DNA of 64,000 nucleotides from Macrostomum lignano (taxonomy: Eukaryota). Shown in pieces: positions 50,220 through 61,760 of the stretch (position 1 is its first letter; the number at the start of each line of letters is the position of its first letter). The position numbers and the translations under genes were made by a program. The stretch lies in the NCBI GenBank assembly GCA_002269645.1, contig NIVC01000056.1, positions 372,001-436,000 of the forward strand, written 5' to 3'. Under the pieces are notes generated by a model, which had not been told where the DNA came from, ran no database searches, and saw nothing but the letters and a program-made list of their open reading frames with translations.

Positions 50220-53200
50220 ATGGCCTCCGCGGAGCATTTGGAGGGCTTGGAACTCTGCGGTCAGTCCGAGTCGTTGACTCAGCGCTTGCGCAACATTCTC
50301 AAAGACTACTCAGATGGTTTAGCCATCCCGAAGGAGATCATTCAGAATGCTGACGATGCCGGGGCCACCAAGGTGACGCTGATCTACGACAGCAGGAGCA
50401 ACCGGCAGTGGCAGAAATCGGTTCTCAGTGGCCGCATGGCAGACTGTCAGGTACAAGGAATTTATTTTTCATGGTAGCATGTGTATTGCAGTTTGTTCGT
50501 AATTAATAGCTGCTAAATTGGAGGGCACTCGAGACTTGCTATGGGGAGAAAGTAGGAATTTATTCCAGTAATTCTTGTATCCATACCAACAGCACTCCGC
50601 CTGGCTTTTTTTACTTGTAGCTTCATTCCTACCATGCGGCATACGTCTTTTTTTCCCTTGTCTTCGTAACAATAAAATATAAAAATGTTTCTGGTTTCAT
50701 AAAGTTTCTTAGTTTCTTATTTTTTATTAATTACAGGGCCCGAGTCTGTGGGCGCACAATAACTCCGAGTTTACTCCTGAAGACTTCACGAACTTACTGA
50801 ACCTTGGCGGTGCCACAAAGCGAAGCCAGTCGACCAAGGTGGGAAGGTTTGGCCTCGGGTTTAACTCTGTCTACAACCTGACTGACGTACCCTCGGTGTT
50901 TAGTGGCTGGCGTCTGCAATTTTTGGACCCGCACGGCGAGACTCGGGGGCGTGGCTTTCTGGAGGATGTGAGTTGGTTTAATAATATTTTTCCGAGCCTT
51001 ATTTACGCTCGTACATTGATTGATAGGCCACCGACTTTTGCAGGTATACCGCAGGCAGGGTGGGAACAGCACCGGTGTCAAGTTAAACTTTGCCACAAAG
51101 GCAGGTCAGCAGGTCCTGGCGGATTTCCCGCACCAGTTCGCGCCCTATGCCGGCGTCATGGGCTGCGCCAGCGACTTAAGCGCCCAGCCGTACCGGGGCA
51201 CGCTTATCCGCCTGCCGCTTCGAACGCCTCAGCAGGCCAAAGAGTCGAAAATCTGCCAGCAGGTTTATGGAGAGATGGAGATGCGCGATTTGCTGGGCAA
51301 GACTGCTGAAGTTGCTCACCTGCTGCTGTTGTTCACGCAGTCTGTATCAGCCCTTCGATTGCTGCATCTTCGGGATGGACCAAAGACAGCGATGCTACTT
51401 GAGGTGAAACGCAGTCTAATTGAGTGCCTCCGACCACTCCCAGTTACCTCCGACAGCGGCAAGCTGTGCGATCAGACTCAAGTGTTAACCGCTGCCGTGC
51501 ATAAGATGCAACAAGAAAGCGCTGAAAAACTAATAGGACAGTTGCGGCTGCGCATTGAAACGTGGTATAGCGTTAAAGTGGCTAAGAGACTTGGCATTGA
51601 CGCGCTGACTGTGGATACTAACCGCAAAGATGATTGGCTACAAAGCACTGCAATAGGCTTCAGTGACTCGCTTGAAATGTCGCAGCACAATGAAGTTTTT
51701 CGGCCGCCGCTAGCTAGCGTTGCAGTTCGAATAAAGACAAGTCAGGATGTCAGTGCAGCCGATGTAGTTAAACCTGGTGTCGCCTTCAGCTTTCTACCAC
51801 TACCGGTTGAGACGCCACTACTATTTCATGTCAATGCAACATTTGCCGTGACGTCAAGCCGCAGGCATTTAGAGGAGACAACCATGGATGAATCCAACGG
51901 TCGCTGGCACCCGGGCCGCTGGAATGCAGCTCTGCTCCGTGAGGCAGCTTGTACCGCCCTTGTTGCTGCAATTCAGCGAATGACTAGTGACGGGATCGTC
52001 GGGACACCCGATCTCTGGCCGCTTCCGGAAGCCGCATCCGGTAGTATTTGGTGCCATCTTGTAGACAGCTTTTACCAAACAGTTTTCTCGGCGGATCCCG
52101 AAGCGCCGTGCGTTTTTCCTACTAACGCAGGCTGGAAAAACCTGTCCAAAGCTGTATTCTTGGATGAATTGAGTCTGGGTTCGTCTGCCCTCGGCTCCGC
52201 AGCAGAAACCGTCCGTCGAATCGCTCAGTCAATGGTGCCTGAAAGCTGGGGTGTGGCGGAGGGGCTCGCACCAGGCGTTCAACGATCAGCCGTCCAGCTT
52301 GACCTGCTCGGCACAAGGTTGTGGGAAGGCGAATATTTTGTGGCGACTTTTCTTCGGAATCTTTCGAGATTGTGGAATTTTTCGGACGTCGACCGAAAGC
52401 ACTGTTGTGAGTTGCTGCACCTTTTGCTACGAAGTCTCAGCCAGACAGCTGTATCAACAGAAGATCCCTTTCGTTTTCTGAGATATCTGTCAGTCCAAAG
52501 GCTACTGAACTCGTGTAGCTTCGTTCCAAATCAGCTGGGTCAACTTTGCCCTGCAAAAGAGCTGCTGGACCCATGCTGCTCTGCAGCAGCTCTGTATGAT
52601 CAAAATGATTCAATTTTTCCACGGAATGACTTCCAGATAGCTGATATTCGACGAGCGCTGTTGAAATTCGGATTGAAGTCCCAGATTGACTTTGACGAGT
52701 TATTGAAGCGAGCAGAGTCAATTTATACACTTGACAATGATTTGCGTAAGGAGAGAGTGCGATCACTGATGAGGTGCATTTGTGAAAGCAAGCAGTTGAT
52801 GACACCATGTGATGATCGGCTGGCCAAGCTCAGACTTGTCGAATTTCTGCCAGCACTGCAAAAGCCCAAGGATTGCAAACTGCTTTGGTACTCAGAGAGT
52901 AATGCTCAGGGCAAACTGTTTTCACCTAGAGCTCTGTATGATTCGAGCTTGGAAAAGCTGGTCTCGCTGTGCCAACCAGTTTTTGATAAATCGCTGTTAC
53001 AAGACGTACCTCAGGACTACAAGGAGCCGTTGCTCCGCATGATCGGAGTGCAGAAAACTGTGACATGGGATGTTGCCTGGACTCAACTTTGCCGTGCTGC
53101 AGAAGTCTTTCATGAAGACAGCCGCCTAATATGCTTGGCTGTTTATCAGCACCTGTCCAAGCTCATTGATGAGGACCCAACGATTGCTTCTAAGGTGAGA

Positions 53201-56200
53201 TCAGCCTTTAAAACTTGTGAATCGCCTGCAATTCTGTTTTCCGATCACGGATTTTTGAACCCTCAGAAGGTGTCCCTCAACCTAGCAGATAAAGAGTGCC
53301 AGCCGTATCTTTTTCACTTACTGACGGATATACGTCGAAGCCTTTCTAACTATCGTTCCTTTCTTAAGGCTGTGGGTGTCTTGGAGCAGTTTGGTGCCGC
53401 TACCTACTGCCAAGTTCTAAAAGAGATGCAAGCAAAGTACAATGGTTCTGAACTGACGGATGCAGACAGAAAGTGCAGTATTGACTTGCTTACTCGGCTC
53501 AGCGAACTCAGTTCAGAAAAAATCCCTGAACGATCTGAGATTTTTGCTCCGGACAACAAAGGTGTCCTTACTCAATGTTCGGATCTATGTTTTGGAAGCA
53601 TAAAGTGGCTGCCAAATAGCAAAAGTTTGCACTTTGTTCACAAGGACGTGGCTTATGGTGTCTGTGAGAAGCTGAGAATACCCGACAAGAGAGAGCAAGC
53701 ACTGAAAATGCATCACACGCCGTTGCCGTTTGGTCAGAAAGAAGAACTAACGACCAGGATTAAAGGCATTCTTAAAAGCTACCCACTGGGCATTGAGATC
53801 TTCAAGGAGCTGGTGCAAAATGCAGATGACGCCGGCGCTACAAGAATTCATTTAATCAACGATCGCCGGAGCTTCTTACAGGAAAGAGTATTGGGAGAAG
53901 AATGGAAGAGCCTTCAAGGACCAGCTCTTCTAGTCGTCAATGACACGACTTTCTCTGATGATGACATTGAAGGAATCCAAAATCTAGGCGTCGGCTCAAA
54001 GGGAAGCCATCCATGGAAAACTGGGCAGTATGGCATTGGATTTAACTGTGTATATCACGTGACAGACGTTCCGATGTTCCTCTCCGACAATCGGGTTCTG
54101 TGTGTGATGGACCCGCACTGCAGATACATGCCCAACGCTACCATCGAAAGCCCAGGTGGAATGTACAAAGATGAAAGTCTGAAAGCGATCATGACTGACT
54201 TTCCCTCATTTTTTCGAAGTTTTCGAGTTGAAGTTCGAATCTTTACTCGGCTCTACTGTCTTTAGGCTGCCTCTTCGTACTCAGGATATGGCTCGAAAAT
54301 CCAAGATATGCTCCAACTCTGGATCAGTGAATTCAGAAAGGATTAGCGCTCTATTCGAAGAATTAAAGTCCGATTTAACTGATATTCTGCTATTTTTGAC
54401 CAACGTTAGAACCATCACTCTCTCAGAACTTGCACCAGATGGAAAGCTAACCAAAGTAGCTGAAGTTACATCGGAAATTTCTGGAGAAGACTCAGCTTAC
54501 AGCAGTTTAAGCAAGAGTGCAAGAAGTTAGGCACAGTGCTTCAGCAACGTCAAGGTTTCGACAGAATTTTCATGGGTGGCAGCAGTTTTGTTACACATGA
54601 AACTACCGTTACTGTATCTGAGACAAAACCGCTATCCAAATTCGCGTCGCTGAGGAAGTGCACTTGGATGGTAGCCCAGCAACTTGGATTTTCAAGTGCT
54701 GCATCCAGGGAACTTCAAAGTAAAAGCTTAGCTAATTTGCGCTCTACGATAGCATCTGGCATGTGGAAGGCGCTACCAAAGTCGGGGTAGCTGCTCGGAT
54801 TGATAAGTCGCCTGATTCAGGACGTCAGCGTCATCGAGCTTTCAATCTACTTCCACTGCCTCTGATCACCAGCTTGCCTGTTCACGTGAACGGCCACTTT
54901 GCGCTGGATCCGTCGCGTCGAAATCTGTGGGAGGCTCACTCAAACGACGCTGCTTCCGAGTGGAACGACGTGCTTGTAACGACTGCTCTGCCTGAGTGCT
55001 ATGTGAAATTGCTTGATTCTTTGAGAAAGCGAATAAAGGCAGTGACTGACGACAGTCAAGATCTATCACTTCCACTATTTTATAAACTTTTCCCCCGTGC
55101 AAATGAGGCAGACAAGTCTCCTTGGGGCAATCTAACTACAAAGTTTTACAATGAAGTTCTTACTAAACAGTGGAAGCTGTTTCCTGTAATGGTTCGCCAG
55201 CAGATTGAGTGGCTGCCTCTGGCTTTGAGCTCCGATTCAGTCGATGGAAAAGCCGCATTTCTCCAGGAAGGCGCTCCTGGTGAGGTTTGCGATGTTCTGG
55301 TTAAAATAAACTTGCCGCTAGTGCTCAAAGGACGAGATTTTTTTCCGTGTCTCCGACAGAGTGATATCAAATACATCCCCGTTCTGGAGCAATGTGTGAT
55401 AGTAAACTTTTTGAAGGGAAATTGTTGCAAAAATCTGCTTAAATCGCTGCCAATGCACGTTGAACACAGCGTTTTTGCTTCCGAATCGGCAGTGATAACG
55501 TTGTTAAAATATTTGCTCAGAGACGCTTTAACAGAAAAGGCTGATAGCTTATTCAATCTCTTCGAGGCACCAATAAATCTGACGGCTGATGGCAAACTTC
55601 GTCTTTTCGATCGGGACCAGCCGGTGTTCCTGACGGAGTACGTTCGTCTTTTTCCCGAACAAAATTCAATTCTACTTCGTCGATTTGCTCACAAAAAAGT
55701 ACTTGAGATTTTCCACCCGCAGCTTTTGTACGGGAAATTCGGGTCAGATCACAGCCCCGTTGCGTACGAGACCGGTATCTATAAGAAATTCAGTCTTGAG
55801 GACTTTTGTCGATGTCTGGAGGAGTTCCTGCCAAACTGCGTGTCACCACGGAGCGCCTTCATCTCACTGAGCAGTATTGAGTCTCGCATGGGGGACTTAA
55901 AGCCAATCGACTGGCTTCGGGATGTTTGGTGCTTTATTGAAGATGCTTGTCGGCAAGCAAGTAGCAGCAGACAAAGTACGGGCGCAGATGATGTACTTGA
56001 GCCTGTTTGGGACTTTGCCTTAGTTCCGACATGTTTAAGCTGGGGGAATGAAATGGCCAGTGAGAAGTGTGACAGCCTTTTCCAGGTGTCAAAGTTGTCT
56101 TGCGTTTATCTTAAATCAGGCCGCTGTTTAAGCGATACTGGGAGGAGCATCGAGGAGTCACTGCAGCAGCTAAAGGCGCCGGCTCTGGCAGTTCATAACA

Positions 56201-59200
56201 AGTTTTTGAAAGATTTAGCCAGCCAATTAAAAAAACCCGACACAATGCTCTCCGTGATTCGCTTCGCTCTGACCGAGAACGCAGCCAAGCCATCCAACCT
56301 TCCGTCAGCCGACATGGCCACGAGCATCTGTCGCTTTATTCAGGACAATCAATCTGCAATTATTCAGGTGTTGAAGCAACAGGGTTTTGTAAAGGCGACT
56401 CGAAATTTACCTATATTTGTTTCTTTGAGCGGTAATTGCACTAAAATTGGAGGACTGAGGGCCATAGTCATTCCAGCCAGCTTTGAGGCAGCTGAAATTC
56501 AGCTGAAATTCATTTGTGGAGTTGCTCTGAGAAGTGTGTCTTTATAAAAGAGAACCCAGAACTGGAGAAGCTGTACGAGTCCGTCCGCTGCAAGAAATTA
56601 AGCGATTATGCAGTCTACGCCGAATTCGTTCTGCCGGTATTTGATTCCTTTTCAGACCGGACGAAGCGCCTGCATCTTGAGAAGCTGAAAATTCTTAGTT
56701 GGAGTTTCCTAGGCTTAAGTCGCCGTAATCCCAATGAGAGCAAGATTTTTCTCAACGCACTCCAGCGCGCTAAAATTGTTCCCAACCGCAATTCGTGGGA
56801 ACGAGCCGCCAATATTTATCACAAGGGTGTTGCTATTTTCTCTCAATTTATTCCAGAAGATGGGTTTCTGCCTAAAGAATTTTGCAATGAAGAATGGCTT
56901 GATCTGATGAAATTGGCAGGACTTGTGACCGAGTGTACGGTGGAGCTGGTGCTGAAGTTTGCGAACTCTACAGCAAGCCTTCCTGTTGAGGATGCCAAAG
57001 AAAAGGCCGACTCCATTCTGAAAGTTGTCGCAAAGGCAGATTTCGGACCTCGAAAGGAGGAGTTTCTTAAATACCTGTCTAAAATTCCGTTCATAGTGCC
57101 AGATTTTGAGCCTGACCTCAACCAGCTTTTTCCCTATGCAAACCCAACAGTTTGTTCTATTGAGAATATGGTAGCAAGACAGGCCCGGTTTATTTGTTGG
57201 TCAGCGACTCCTACTTCACCAGCCATTATTACTGAGCTGAAATGCTTCGATAAGTACTTGAAAAAGTCCCCGAGCAGTGCAGAATTTTGGTCGCATGTCA
57301 AGAACATCCTTAGAAGCAGTCAATTCCTCGACAAATTTGCGCCCCACTCCAGCTTGAATAAAACCAGAACCAAGGTGATGGACAAGGTGTACGCATTCAT
57401 GAAGTCGCTTCTCCATTTGGAAGAGAGCAGGAGGCATTTCACTGAATTAAAGGATATTCCATGTATTCTTGCTGATGAATTTCAAAGATTAGTTAAGCCA
57501 ATGCAAATTACGCTGGCTGAGAGCAGCGACGCAATCCCGCCGTTTCTTTTTGCTTGTCCATCTCGATTCCGAAAGCATGGAGAGGTCTTTAGCCGACTTG
57601 GGGTATCGCATCAGCTGACTGTCCAGCATGTGGCCATGGTGCTTGAACAGATTAAGCTTGAACAGACAAAAAGTTGCTATCCCGCAAAGCTCAATCTAGA
57701 ATTGACCACCCGAGGTATTCACTTGTTGCTAAAGATGCTTGAGCAGTCGCACACCCTACCCGCTGCAATTAGCTTATATCTTCCCACATCAGCGGCTGAT
57801 TCCAGAGGCTACCAGCTTGTTGACGCTCGCAATTTGGTAATCAATGATGTGGAGGAATATTTTAAACGCTTGAAGGATTCAAAGACGATGAACGTACAAT
57901 TCCTCGATCTAGAATTCTGTAAGATCAGTTCCGACCAGCGGAAACTGTTGGAGAAACGTCTAAGCGAGGATTTAAAAGTCCCTAAGCTTTCTTTGTTGGT
58001 CAGCGAGGAAATGGAAGAAAGTCCAAAGTGTTTACACAGTAAGAATGGATGCTTCACTTGTACCTACATATCTGACAAGTTCGGCAGCAGCGAGTTTCGC
58101 AAAGGATTAACCAGTGTTATAGTGCATGGAATGACAACAAGGGAAGATGAAAAGACGTTTGCCACCATCGGTAGCCTGTTTGATACGTTGCAAATTGACT
58201 GCAGGCAACAGCTGCACACGGTGCTGCTCATACAAGGGAAACGGATTAGCGAATCTAAAAGAGAAAAGAGTTTTGTTTTCAAAGGAGATGTCCTTTACGC
58301 GAAATATTTCAATGAGCTGCCAGTTTCTGACGACCTGGATTTTAAGAACTGTGAGTTGTCGGGAGCGGCTCTGAGTCTTCTGAGACCCAAGTTTCACATT
58401 GATGCATGCCATTATAACGCAATTGAAGATTTAGTACGTCTTAAAAGCTACGATAACGTTGCTAAAATATTAGAGAAGCACAACATTCGCGCCGTTAGCT
58501 TTCATGTCACCGCTGAAGCATGCGATGTGCAAAGAGAAGACAGTCACAGGCAATCAGAAACAACTGTGCTGAGTAAAAAACTTGCGAACTCAATAGTAGC
58601 TTCCACTGAACTGGCCGTGTCAATTGACAGCCGAGATCTGGAATCTCAGTCACTCAGTGCCTGTAGCCAGGAACCTTCATACTCCCATTTGGGTTCACGC
58701 CACAACCTGCGGCGTCGAACACGAGACGTCAAAGAGTCGGAAATGCTGAGTAACGAGTTGAGTACGCAATGCGACGCTTCAAATGAATTTCTCTCACCTC
58801 GACAACGGACTGGACAACAAAAAGCAAGGCGTGGTCGAAGTCGAACTGCTGGTAGTTCTACTGGCGCTGAGCTGGAAGACTGGTCCGGCCTTCAACTTCA
58901 ACAGCTGAACAGTCTCCCTTCGGATGACGAATGGGAGAAACTCAGCCGTAGCACTTCAAAAACTCGGCGCAGCAGGCGCTCTCTGCGTTCCAGCAGTCGA
59001 GGGCGCGAGAATTACGGCGTCTTTGGCGGTGCCGTGTTCGGCGGCAGCACTGCTGATCTTTCCGATCACATTGCTCCCTCACCCGGCGCAGCTCGGCGCT
59101 ATCTGCAAACGGCCCAGCTCGACGCTGAGGTTTCAGCGGCGGCAGCCACCAGAGACTACTGTGACTGCTGGGCCTGCTACCAGAGCTGGCAGGCGGCGGA

Positions 59201-59474
59201 GAAGGCGCTGACTGCCATTCTGCTGGCCCACGGCAGGCCGGCCGCCCGCAGTCACAGTCTTGTCAGTCACCTGGAGCTGATTGACGAGCCTCTGCATGAA
59301 AGCCTGAAGCCGTTGGTTGACAGGCTGTGCAGAGTGCTGAACCGCGACCCGAGGTATCCACAGAACGGCATGACGCCGTATGAAGCGTTCAAGCAAAACG
59401 ACGCCCAAGAGGCAAGCAAAGCAGCTGCAAGCATTGTAAGATTGGCCGAAACAGAGATAAGGAAGCTATTATAG
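50220..59474 (+). CDS. Sacsin-like protein (two sacsin repeat regions, C-terminal HEPN), ~2960 aa if four 1-nt indels are corrected
   Basis: Exons 50220-50450, 50737-50967 and 51044-59474. Two SRR heads: GQSESLTQRLRNILKDY...EIIQNADDAGA...GRFGLGFNSVYNLTDVP and GQKEELTTRIKGILKSY...ELVQNADDAGA...GQYGIGFNCVYHVTDVP, each followed by I/F-RLPLRT and HVN..FA. C-terminal HEPN: ARRYLQTA...CYQSWQAAEKAL...HSL...RYP. Confidence 0.9.
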
Positions 59475-60635
59475 ATTTAGACTCTTTAAATTATTTTTTT
59501 CATAGAACTTTTTCATAGCTTTGCTTGTGGGCTAATTGGTAAATCATCTTTTGAATTTTTAGAGGTAGTATCAATATTGTTGGGAATGAAAACGGAAATA
59601 TTATAGTAATCTTAAATTTATGTTCATTTGAGAAAGTAGCAACAAATTTTATAGCAGAAGTGGCTAAAATATAACGCAATTCATACTGCTTTAAGTAGTG
59701 ATTTTCTAACAAAGTAGTAACAACAGTTTACACTGGTGCATTGTTGGTTATCGATTTGCCATTTTCTTGTTCAAAAAACAAGTCAACCCAAATTTCTTAC
59801 TCATGTTTTGCTCATTCAACCCAGAGGTCGTGTTTTTTTCTCATCGCTTTATCGATTTTTTTCGGTCCCATCACGTGTGGCTTTTTAAGTACGGTTCGTG
59901 GTGAATGAAAATTGCGGTTCCGGTTGCACCAACTCATGAAAATTTAAATCCCTAGAAGCTCTAGTTTTTCACCTAAGAGAGTAATAGAAATAGGTGAGTT
60001 ATTTTTGTTTATTTAACCATTTTTTGTGTAGTAAAGTGCGGTTGATTGAAGTTTTTAATTCTTATTCACCTGTTTTTCATTCATAATCAATTTTTTAACC
60101 CAGACCTAGGAGCTTGAGGCGGCTCATTTTTTCACAGTTCATGGTATAAAATTTACAAATTTGTCCTAATCAGTCCTTTGGTTCCTTACTTCTTCCTCTA
60201 TAATCGTTACTTTAAGCTTTTATTTGAAGTAACCTGTTGTCGGATTTTCATCCTCCAAATATTTGTACTTTCTATTACCTTGTACTTTTCAGTTAGCCGT
60301 CTCCCTTTGTCTAACTTGCCTTTTCCACAGACTATCGTAACCGTTCATTTACCACAGGCAATTTGGCTGGCCTGTTCATGATTGTTAGTATAAATACAAC
60401 TTCAATCCGCGGCTTGGCCCCTCACTTCTTTCCCCTCTCTTCCTTTCTGCACCACTTATATCTCGTTCTATTAGTTTATTGTCTATTCGACACCTGTGCT
60501 GTCTCAGTCCAAAGCCTGGTTAAGTTAAAAAAATTATACCAGCGTACATAGTCGCAGTAAATGACAATCATTCCGGAAATTTTATTTTCTATAGGTTTCG
60601 GAAAAGTTACTATCTGTATGGATGAGTTACCCCAG

Positions 60636-61057
60636 TAGGGGGTTGTAGCCTAGTAGGGGGTTGTAGCCTAGTAGGGGGTTGTAGCCTAGTAGGGGGTTGT
60701 AGCCTAGTAGGGGGTTGTAGCCTAGTAGGGGGTTGTAGCCTAGTAGAGCCTAGTGGTTAGAGCCTAGTGGTTAGAGCGTCGGACTTACGACTTGAAGGTC
60801 GGGAGTTCGATTCCCGATCCCACTGAAACTGTCCTTGAGCAAGAAACTTAACACTGCATTGCTTCAGTTCACCCAGCTGTAAAATGGGTGTCAGCATTAG
60901 CTGGGGTAATTGAGGGCGTGTGTGGCGACCCCCCCCCCAGTCCTTGGACTGAACAGCCGTACGCAGCCTTCAGATGCGCCGCGCAATAGCTGCGGCTGAG
61001 CTGTCGGTTGCGCATCTGCCCAATTGGGGCGGGTGTAAGCAATTGTTATTATTATTT
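60636..61057 (+). mobile_element. CORE-like SINE (copy 3) with tandemly amplified 5' end
   Basis: About six copies of the 18-bp GGGGGTTGTAGCCTAGTA precede a full SINE body. Candidate TSD TATGGATGA at 60617-25 and 61058-66. Confidence 0.9.
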
Positions 61058-61476
61058 TATGGATGAAGGTACTTCGTATATGCATGCTTTTACTGTATTT
61101 TTCAACGCAGGAAAGCTGAAGTTTTTCTTCTGTATTTTCATAGTTACTCACATAAATAATCCTGAAGAAGTCGCCAATGTAATCGGTTTTATTTGTGTTC
61201 TCGATCAATTCGAACCTTGGGGATTTGCTGTTACAGAGAATTATTTTCTTTTTATTAATCTTTTAATCTCCTACTACAAAAAATGTTCGGTTTGTTGAGT
61301 GTGTCGAATTATCAATGCGTGTGCTTTGAGTCTATAACACACGGATCCACGAAGCTCTACTCTTGATTTCGTTCAAGTTTCTTGACTGAATAGAGTAGGA
61401 GCAACCACTCAGAGATATTCTTCAAATTGCCTCACCTCACAAAACACGGAAGCCTAATGGCGTGTATATTTCGTAT

Positions 61477-61760
61477 TTAATTATAAGCCGCCACTAAGTG
61501 TAAAACTTTGCCTCCCAGTTTGAGCTTTTCGGCAAAGTCCTTGAACAGCTTCACGATCTCTGACTGCAGATCAAGCTTTTCAAAATTGAAATCGTGACTA
61601 TTGTAGCCTCTGAGTTCAATGGAGTACACTTTCTTGCAACTTCTCACAACCCAGGCGATCTTCTCGCGTGCTTTCTGCACAATGCGTCCATTGGGGGCTG
61701 CAACAAAGCGAAGACATCGGCGAACATGATTACCAGCAAATTTTTCTATCTACTGCAATG
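61477..61760 (-). other. Unidentified coding-like segment
   Basis: Open frame IEKFAGNHVRRCLRFV...IAWVVRSCKKVYSIEL...SEIVKLFKDFAEKLKLGGK, preceded by an AG acceptor-like site; no family recognised. Confidence 0.25.

Noticed and set aside
50220-59474. Several separate genes, or a bacterial defence operon, from the five consecutive ORFs
   Set aside because: Spliceosomal introns are present, and the ORFs join into one sacsin-like frame through single-base indels.
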